Position numbers and translations under genes: made by a program. Of a stretch of DNA of 64,000 nt, positions 57,862-64,000 are shown piece by piece (within the stretch, counting starts at the first letter, position 1; the number at the start of each line of letters is the position of its first letter). The notes beneath the pieces were generated by a model that was not told the origin of the DNA, did no database searches, and worked only from the letters and a program-made list of their open reading frames with translations. The DNA is from an uncultured Bacteroidales bacterium (GTDB lineage: Bacteria > Bacteroidota > Bacteroidia > Bacteroidales > B18-G4). The stretch covers positions 576,479 through 640,478 of the forward strand of contig CAVWAP010000004.1 in NCBI GenBank assembly GCA_963753055.1. Reading direction: 5' to 3'.

Positions 57862-58784
57862 GTGCATACCGCCTTGTCGCAGGCCTGCTGACTAACCGTA
57901 ACTTTATACTTTTAATGGGCATAGGCCTTGGATTCTTGCTGGGCCCACGAACAGCTATCCTTAAAGATTTTACTCCTTATATTATTGGATTTATCCTTGC
58001 TATCTCACTTTCCAGTTTCAGCTTCAGGAACCTGCTCCCATTAAGCAAGAGCATAAATCCAATTATTGCTTGTATCATAACGAATTATGTGGTCTTTGGC
58101 ACATTGGTTCTGACCCTCGCATGGCTTTTTAATGAAAATCAGGATCTCTGGATTGGATACGTAGTTGTTGCCGCAACTCCACCTGCTATTGCTATTATTC
58201 CATTTTCTTTTAATCTTAATGGAGATACCGACTTTTCAATAATTGGTGTTTTTGGAGGTAATCTCCTGGGGATTATTATTACTCCACTGATATTTTTTCT
58301 TTTTTTCGGAGAAGGACTAATTGATTCTTCGGCACTTATGAAGATATTAATTACAATGCTGATAGTCCCTCTGATCATCTCCCGCTTATTCAGGCATCGC
58401 TTAATATATCCATTAATAGACAGTTTCAGAGGTATAATAATTGATTATGGATTCTTCCTGGTAGCATTAACCATTATTGGTTTAAGCCGAGACCTTCTTT
58501 TTCAATACCCTGGTATGATACTCATTCCTGCCATGATCTTTTTCTTCGCGCAATTCATATTTGGCAGCCTGTTTAAGGTGTTCATGAAGGGCCGAATAGG
58601 GGACAAGAAACGAACCATGAGCTTATCCCTGATGCTAACTGTAAAGAATGCCGGTTTTGCAGCTGTTGTTGCCATGTCTCTCTTCGACAGCCCAATGATC
58701 TTTCTCCCGGCAGCAATACTTAGCGTAATGATGCCGCTGTTTTATATCTTCGAATCAAATTTTAGTGAAAGGCTGCTCAGATAA
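57858..58784 (+). CDS. BASS/SBF-like membrane transporter
   Basis: About 10-TM protein. AATPPAIAIIPFSFNLNGDTDFS and LTVKNAGFAAVVA resemble the two crossover-helix motifs of bile acid:sodium symporter-fold carriers. Confidence 0.5.
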   Translation: MSAYRLVAGLLTNRNFILLMGIGLGFLLGPRTAILKDFTPYIIGFILAISLSSFSFRNLLPLSKSINPIIACIITNYVVFGTLVLTLAWLFNENQDLWIGYVVVAATPPAIAIIPFSFNLNGDTDFSIIGVFGGNLLGIIITPLIFFLFFGEGLIDSSALMKILITMLIVPLIISRLFRHRLIYPLIDSFRGIIIDYGFFLVALTIIGLSRDLLFQYPGMILIPAMIFFFAQFIFGSLFKVFMKGRIGDKKRTMSLSLMLTVKNAGFAAVVAMSLFDSPMIFLPAAILSVMMPLFYIFESNFSERLLR

Positions 58785-60501
58785 GAGGCATCCCATTATT
58801 GATAAGATCTTTGTATTCAGGCTTGCGGGCTAATTGATCCAATCTGGCTTTAATTTTTTCACTCAGACCATTCAACTGCTTTTGAGAATTAATTATTTCC
58901 AGCATTTCAAGAAGGGCCAGCCATTCATCGGGGAAATTACTCTCCAGTTGATCCCATATCTGTTGAAGTTGGCTCATATCGGCTTTTTGCTCTCTGACTT
59001 CTCGAATCCGGTCATAAATCCTATGCAGCTGTATGTTGCTCTCCGAGTGAATGATCTTATGGGTCTTTTCCTTTGGGACAGGAAAACGAAGTTCGTAAGC
59101 GTCCGGATCTGCCGGTCCTGAAAATGCCGAAACTATACTTTCACCCACAGCCATATCAAAAATGCCCCAGTCAGGTTCAAATAGTGCCTTATCCCTGAAG
59201 GTTGCAGTGCATTCCTTGAATGTCATCAGCAGGATCTTACCATCTTTCCTGAGAATGTTTATGAGCTGGCCTTTAACTTTCAACCCACTTTCAAATTCAA
59301 TTTCCGAATACTCCCCTTGCTTAATTCCTATTATTTCAAGTTCATCATCCGATAGAAGCTCCGGAGCTTTTACAGTTGCCTTGAAGCGCCCAACAGGGGA
59401 TCCAAAACCATGGGAATGGTATTGTTTGCCATGCCCGTCCAACTGCTTGTTATTGTAAGCTAAACTGGTTGGCCCTGTAGTTTTTAGATGCACTGCTTGT
59501 TCTTGATTTATAATAATGTCGGTAAAGGTACCAGAGACCTGTAAGCCTGAACTGTAAGTACAGGTACCCGTATTATTTGAATCGATGGCTTTGAGTATTC
59601 CTTCAATTCCGCCAACTCGTAAAGCCATTGTATTCGCATACTCATCCAGTACACTCATAAGTGTTTTAAAATCAGGAGTCACGAAGAGTTGTGGTTGCCT
59701 GGTAGTAATATCAAAACCTTGACGAGCAGCATCAACGGAATATGTTATTTTCCTGACATCTGCTTGTAAAGCACTATAACTTTCACCAATGGATGATAAA
59801 AGTCCGGCCCCATATATCTTAGGGTTTTCTAAATCACCAATCAGGCCATATTCAACTGTCCACCAATGCAGGTTTCTGATATGTGACATCTCTGAAGGAA
59901 GTCCGTGGGTTTTTTCAAGCTCATCAAGTTCTTTTTCTGCCTTTTCAATGGAAGAAGCCTTTGTGTAGGGATCTGCTTTCAGGATTGACAGGTGGCGAAT
60001 AGCTTCATATACTTCATAATCTTTAGCAGAAGAGAAAGCTTTTGAACCAATCTCACCAAAGTATCTCAGGTATTCTGCATATTCATCATGTGCAATAATA
60101 GGAGCATGACCAGCTGCTTCATGAATAATATCCGGTGCCGGGGTGTATTCAATCTGGTCAATTGGCCTGATGTCTGCAGCGATGACTAAGACCTTATATG
60201 CCTGGAATTCCATAAACCCGGAAGGTGGAATGAATCCATCAACTGCCACTGCAGCCCATCCAATATCTTTCAGGATCCTGTTCATACCATACATGTGAGG
60301 GATCCTGTCGATACTTATCCCGGTTTGTTTGAGCCCTCTGGCGTACGATCCATAGGCCACTTTACTCAGGTAATCAATATTGCGCCGCATCACATATCGC
60401 CACACAGCATGATCCTGGGCCGTATATTCATTATACGGTTGCTCAATCACCAGGTCCATCAGGTGTCGGGGCAGTTTTTCCAGCACTTCATTGCTTTCCA
60501 T
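58777..60501 (-). CDS. Aromatic amino acid (phenylalanine-4-) hydroxylase-like protein, long form
   Basis: Iron ligands in PDIIHEAAGHAP (H-x4-H) and WWTVEYGL (Glu). About 280 aa of extra C-terminal sequence of unknown function. Confidence 0.8.
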   Translation of the reverse strand: MESNEVLEKLPRHLMDLVIEQPYNEYTAQDHAVWRYVMRRNIDYLSKVAYGSYARGLKQTGISIDRIPHMYGMNRILKDIGWAAVAVDGFIPPSGFMEFQAYKVLVIAADIRPIDQIEYTPAPDIIHEAAGHAPIIAHDEYAEYLRYFGEIGSKAFSSAKDYEVYEAIRHLSILKADPYTKASSIEKAEKELDELEKTHGLPSEMSHIRNLHWWTVEYGLIGDLENPKIYGAGLLSSIGESYSALQADVRKITYSVDAARQGFDITTRQPQLFVTPDFKTLMSVLDEYANTMALRVGGIEGILKAIDSNNTGTCTYSSGLQVSGTFTDIIINQEQAVHLKTTGPTSLAYNNKQLDGHGKQYHSHGFGSPVGRFKATVKAPELLSDDELEIIGIKQGEYSEIEFESGLKVKGQLINILRKDGKILLMTFKECTATFRDKALFEPDWGIFDMAVGESIVSAFSGPADPDAYELRFPVPKEKTHKIIHSESNIQLHRIYDRIREVREQKADMSQLQQIWDQLESNFPDEWLALLEMLEIINSQKQLNGLSEKIKARLDQLARKPEYKDLINNGMPLI

Positions 60502-60537
60502 ACCTGAATTAATTTAGAATAAATTTAAATAAGAATT

Positions 60538-60545
60538 CAAATATA
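60538..60545 (-). promoter_or_regulatory. Candidate -7 box (tatatttg on the - strand) for the hydroxylase gene
   Basis: The + strand reads caaatata, 37 nt upstream of the start at 60501. Confidence 0.3.
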
Positions 60546-60649
60546 GTGATAATTGCGTTAATTGTTGAGGGTGATTTCCGAATTAACTAATTTTTAACGG
60601 ACTGAACATACTATACAGCTCTTCATGATCGGTTTTCCTTAAATTTGCC

Positions 60650-61861
60650 ATGGCTACAACAAACTATTTCATGCCGGATAAAAAATATTCTAAGCTATTT
60701 ATTGCTCTTCCTGTTATGAATGAGTTGCATTACTTACCAGCTCTGATGCATTCAATAGAACAGCAAGAAATCAATGACATTGAGTTATTTGTTTGTGTGA
60801 ACCAACCGGATCAATGGTGGACTGAGGATTCCGGGTTGGAGCGTTGTCTTAACAACCAGGAGACTATTTCATACCTTAAGACTTTTAAGGACTTTCCTGT
60901 AAAGGTTATTGATAGGAGCTCTAAAGGCCATGGGTGGAGAGGAAAAGAGTATGGAGTGGGCTGGGCCCGCAAGACAGTTATGGATGCCATAAATCAAGTT
61001 GCTGATCCGGATGACATTATTATAAGCCTTGATGCAGATACGGTCTTTTACCCTGCTTATTTTTCTACTTTACTGGAAAGCTTTAACACTTACCGGGATG
61101 CAGTTGCCATGGCAGTCCCTTATTATCATCCCCTGGTTAATGATGAGGAAGCTAACAAAGCCATGCTAAGGTATGAGATCTATATGCGGAATTATAATAT
61201 TAACCTTTTACGGATTGATAGTCCATTTGCATTTACAGCATTGGGTTCAGCGATGGTGTTGCCGGTTTGGGCATATAGGGCAATTAAGGGAATGACACCG
61301 AAAAAGAGTGGTGAGGATTTCTATTTTTTACAAAAACTGAGAAAATTTGGAAAGATTTTGGTCTGGAACGATGAAAAGGTATATCCGGGAACGCGATTTT
61401 CAGACAGGGTGTTTTTTGGTACCGGACCTGCCATGATCAAGGGGAGAGCAGGAGATTGGGACAGCTATCCCATTTATCATTATTCATTGTTTGATAATGT
61501 GGAAACCACATACAGGCAATTTGAGAACTTGTATGATGATATCCAGGCCAAAACACCTTTGGGTTCGTTCCTGAAAGATATATTTAAGGAAGAAAACATC
61601 TGGGGGCCACTTAAAAGCAATAGTAAAACAAAGGAACAGTTTATCAGGGCCTGTCATCATAAGCTTGATGGACTGAGGATTTTGCAATACCTGAAATCGT
61701 CGCAACCCTCACTTGAGAAAACTGATAAGGAATGTTTGATAGAGAATTTCAACGGGATGCTCCCGGTGATTGATCTTGACAAAGTTGAGGTTCTCAACAA
61801 TATACGTAACTTGCTTGTTCAGAAAGAAGAGCAGTATCAACAATCGGTGGTCATTCACTAA
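60650..61861 (+). CDS. GT2-like glycosyltransferase / conserved hypothetical
   Basis: LFIALPVMNELHYLP and SLDADTVF (DxD) suggest a GT-A fold. The start is uncertain (see finding). Confidence 0.5.
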   Translation: MATTNYFMPDKKYSKLFIALPVMNELHYLPALMHSIEQQEINDIELFVCVNQPDQWWTEDSGLERCLNNQETISYLKTFKDFPVKVIDRSSKGHGWRGKEYGVGWARKTVMDAINQVADPDDIIISLDADTVFYPAYFSTLLESFNTYRDAVAMAVPYYHPLVNDEEANKAMLRYEIYMRNYNINLLRIDSPFAFTALGSAMVLPVWAYRAIKGMTPKKSGEDFYFLQKLRKFGKILVWNDEKVYPGTRFSDRVFFGTGPAMIKGRAGDWDSYPIYHYSLFDNVETTYRQFENLYDDIQAKTPLGSFLKDIFKEENIWGPLKSNSKTKEQFIRACHHKLDGLRILQYLKSSQPSLEKTDKECLIENFNGMLPVIDLDKVEVLNNIRNLLVQKEEQYQQSVVIH

Positions 61862-62758
61862 GTGGCAGATGAAATGAATAAACAGGATAAAACCATGATT
61901 GTAATTCTTGGTCCCACGGCCACAGGCAAGACAAGATTAGCTGCTCAAATTGCTTCAAGGATCGGTGCGGAAATCATCAGTGCTGATTCAAGGCAGGTAT
62001 ACAGGGGGATGGATATTGGAACCGGAAAGGATTATGATGATTATATGGTTGGTGACCAACAAATCCCTTATCACCTGATAGATATTGTTGAACCGGGGAC
62101 TGAATATAATGTTTATCGGTATCAAGAAGACTTTATCAAGGCCTATCACGATATAACAGGTAGAGGGAAAAGGGTTATTCTTTGCGGTGGTACCGGCATG
62201 TACCTGGAAGCGGTTTTAAAAGGCTATCATTTAGTAAAGGTGCCTGTTAATCAAGAGCTAAGAGATGAATTAGGACACAAGAATAACATTGAGCTTATTG
62301 AAATGCTGGAAAGCTTCAAGCAATTGCATAATGTTACAGACACAGGTGATAGAAAACGATTAATCAGAGCAATAGAGATTCAACACTATTATCGTGAACA
62401 TCCCGATTTGATAAAGGATTACCCAAAGATTCCATATCACATAAAAGGAGTACATTATCCTCGAGATGTCATTCGTGCCAGGATTACCAAACGATTAAAT
62501 GAAAGATTGGAGTCAGGTATGATTGAGGAGGTGAAGGGACTGATTGACAAGGGTATTGATCCTGATCGATTAAAGTTTTATGGACTGGAATATAAATACA
62601 TCACCCAGTATTTGCTGAATGAACTGACATATGATGACATGGCCCGTTTATTAAATACGGCGATCCATCAGTTTGCTAAAAGGCAGATGACATGGTTCAG
62701 GAGGATGGAGAGGAATGGATTTGATATAGAGTGGCTGGATGGAACAAATAGTAAATAG
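61862..62758 (+). CDS. miaA: tRNA dimethylallyltransferase
   Basis: P-loop GPTATGKT, SADSRQVYRGMDIGT, and a C-terminal RQMTWFRR-like motif (KRQMTWFRR). GTG 61862 or ATG 61874 start. Confidence 0.9.
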   Translation: MADEMNKQDKTMIVILGPTATGKTRLAAQIASRIGAEIISADSRQVYRGMDIGTGKDYDDYMVGDQQIPYHLIDIVEPGTEYNVYRYQEDFIKAYHDITGRGKRVILCGGTGMYLEAVLKGYHLVKVPVNQELRDELGHKNNIELIEMLESFKQLHNVTDTGDRKRLIRAIEIQHYYREHPDLIKDYPKIPYHIKGVHYPRDVIRARITKRLNERLESGMIEEVKGLIDKGIDPDRLKFYGLEYKYITQYLLNELTYDDMARLLNTAIHQFAKRQMTWFRRMERNGFDIEWLDGTNSK

Positions 62759-62770
62759 CAAATAACAAAT
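62743..62770 (+). repeat. Phased heptamer array aacaaat agtaaat agcaaat aacaaat
   Basis: Read directly. Spans the last codons and stop of miaA and runs into the terminator A-tract. Confidence 0.85.
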
Positions 62771-62802
62771 AAAAAAGGGCGCCCGCAGGGCGCCCTTTTT
62801 TT
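62771..62802. terminator. Bidirectional rho-independent terminator between convergent miaA and the lipoprotein gene
   Basis: Self-complementary 8-bp stem gggcgccc / gggcgccc, loop gca, A6 upstream and T7 downstream. Confidence 0.8.
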
Positions 62803-62819
62803 GAAATATTTTTTTCGAA

Positions 62820-63710
62820 TTATGGTTGCTGAACTTTTATGTCAAGTGTGATAGTGCCAGCCTGTCCTGCTTCGATAGCAGTTACTTTGATTAAAGCATA
62901 ACGGCCATCTGCAGTCATCACTCCAAGAACGTCATCAACACTTAAGTTACCAATCTTGGTCTCATCAGCCCCGGTTGCAGCAGCAATAATAGGTCCATCA
63001 TTATCTATCTGGTCAAAGTCATCGCCGGTAACAGTTGTTTCTGTGAATTTGGTATCATTCAGGGTTGTCCAACCTGCAACAGCAGGATATACTGTTGGAG
63101 TTGCAGCATCCGCAGGTGATGCCAGCGTAGCACTTGTAGAAATGCCAAACCAATAAAGAAAATCAATCTTGGCCTGGTTCAGGGTCGCGTCGGCAATCTT
63201 ATATACAGTTCCATCAATGGTTGCAAATGAACTACCATGTGTCAGGTTATCATAGGATCCTAGGATTTTCATTGTATAGGTGTCGATAGGACCGGATGCC
63301 TCTTCAGTAGTAATGACAATGCTGGTTGAACTTGACTGTCCGTCATTGTCTATTGCGGTGAATTGAAGGTTCTCACTGCCTGGTACACCTGCTGCAGTGA
63401 ATTCTACTGTTATATAAATAGATGATTCATTTACAGGAAAGTCAACGGTATTTGGTATGTTATTGAATGTTCTGACAACCCTTAAGGTTGCAATGTTCTT
63501 CTTTGAATCTGGATTTTCAGCAACGTAAACAATTACTTTGAAAACAGAGTCAACTTCTACTGTTGCGTCTTTAGAAATGTATCCTGTTGAATCAACAAGA
63601 TAAATCACAGGTTTCTGAACTGGTGGATCATCCTCATCCTTGGTACAGGCAGTAAAAACCACGCTACCTGCCATCATCAGTAATACAAATAATTTAATCG
63701 CTTTTTTCAT
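62820..63710 (-). CDS. Hypothetical lipoprotein
   Basis: Signal/lipobox MKKAIKLFVLLMMAGSVVFTAC. Beta-rich Thr/Asp-rich mature part. No recognisable domain. Confidence 0.6.
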   Translation of the reverse strand: MKKAIKLFVLLMMAGSVVFTACTKDEDDPPVQKPVIYLVDSTGYISKDATVEVDSVFKVIVYVAENPDSKKNIATLRVVRTFNNIPNTVDFPVNESSIYITVEFTAAGVPGSENLQFTAIDNDGQSSSTSIVITTEEASGPIDTYTMKILGSYDNLTHGSSFATIDGTVYKIADATLNQAKIDFLYWFGISTSATLASPADAATPTVYPAVAGWTTLNDTKFTETTVTGDDFDQIDNDGPIIAAATGADETKIGNLSVDDVLGVMTADGRYALIKVTAIEAGQAGTITLDIKVQQP

Positions 63711-63762
63711 AACATTCTAATTAGATTTATATTCTGGATTAATTCTATACAAAACGAGTTTG

Positions 63763-63770
63763 CAAAATTA
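63763..63770 (-). promoter_or_regulatory. Candidate -7 box (taattttg on the - strand) for the lipoprotein gene
   Basis: The + strand reads caaaatta, 53 nt upstream of the start at 63710. Confidence 0.3.
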
Positions 63771-63832
63771 TATAAATTTTCCAAGTATGTAACGGTGAAT
63801 TTTATAAATTATTGGAGGAGGTGAAAACCAAA

Positions 63833-63869
63833 CATCCGGGCGTTGTATAATTATCCAATCGTCCGGATG
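63833..63869 (-). terminator. Hairpin with downstream T-rich run on the - strand (possible terminator of a gene entering from beyond 64000)
   Basis: 10-bp stem catccgggcg / cgtccggatg (one G-U), 17-nt loop. The - strand continues tttggttttc. Confidence 0.3.
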
Positions 63870-64000
63870 CCTGAATTCTATAATCCAGAATAAAATCTTT
63901 AAGAAGAAAATGGATGTAATATATTTGGGATTGGCTGAAGGTGGTACTGCTTATTCTGTAGTAATGACAAGGCTCTCTTGATTAACTCTTCCTTGTTTGT

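Noticed and set aside
63899-64000. Open reading frame on the - strand running off the window end (…TNKEELIKRALSLLQNKQYHLQPIPNILHPFSS, stop at 63899..63901)
   Set aside because: Only 33 codons are visible and there is no recognisable motif. It is plausible as a gene 3' end, since a terminator-like hairpin follows, but it cannot be supported without sequence beyond 64000.
1-64000. Defence island, toxin-antitoxin, prophage, integron or secondary-metabolite cluster
   Set aside because: No integrase, phage structural, restriction, nuclease/helicase-rich or toxin-like genes were recognised. The only mobile-type gene is the RAYT, and the gene content is otherwise core metabolism, envelope and transport.

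Overview
This window looks like a chromosomal, mostly housekeeping segment of a Bacteroidota genome. Evidence: T9SS type-A C-terminal sorting domains, many TAnnTTTG -7 boxes, no Shine-Dalgarno sequences, a TonB-dependent receptor paired with a DUF4249-like lipoprotein, and an rnfBCDGEA operon. I support about 59 CDS. They include two tandem secreted T9SS paralogs of unknown function, rnfBCDGEA and ftsE, two glycosyltransferases, murB, a UbiA-type prenyltransferase, and a DUF2752-like/TM2 pair. Next come pyrK-pyrD, an MsbA-like ABC exporter, purB, a rhomboid protease and a POT peptide transporter. Further along are a GT39 glycosyltransferase, one NSS and two AGCS Na+/amino-acid symporters, a CPA2 antiporter and an RCK K+ channel. 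The second half holds zapA, rny, def, ruvX, dapD, a GT9 glycosyltransferase, tsaC, a nitrilase-family hydrolase, a fused alpha-keto acid dehydrogenase E1, an S41 peptidase and a DHOD-like paralog. It ends with a RAYT transposase, an Old Yellow Enzyme, a Phe/Tyr catabolic cluster (hmgA, hppD, fahA, long PAH-like hydroxylase) and miaA. I found no rRNA, tRNA, CRISPR array, prophage or recognisable defence island, and no convincing novel multi-gene system. Several things are not explained by ordinary annotation. (1) A dispersed family of phased 7/8-nt tandem arrays sits at four spacers, and two of them abut start codons. (2) An AT-rich RAYT gene is flanked by inverted REP hairpins that double as terminators. 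(3) A roughly 200-nt structured RNA candidate lies between zapA and rny. (4) The tandem T9SS paralogs carry an uncharacterised ~520-aa domain. (5) The DHOD-like paralog lacks the catalytic Cys. (6) The Phe/Tyr cluster lacks isomerase and pterin-recycling genes but contains a flavin-reductase-like gene and a BASS-like transporter. (7) The DUF2752-like and TM2 ORFs overlap. All product calls come from motif recognition by eye, with no database search.
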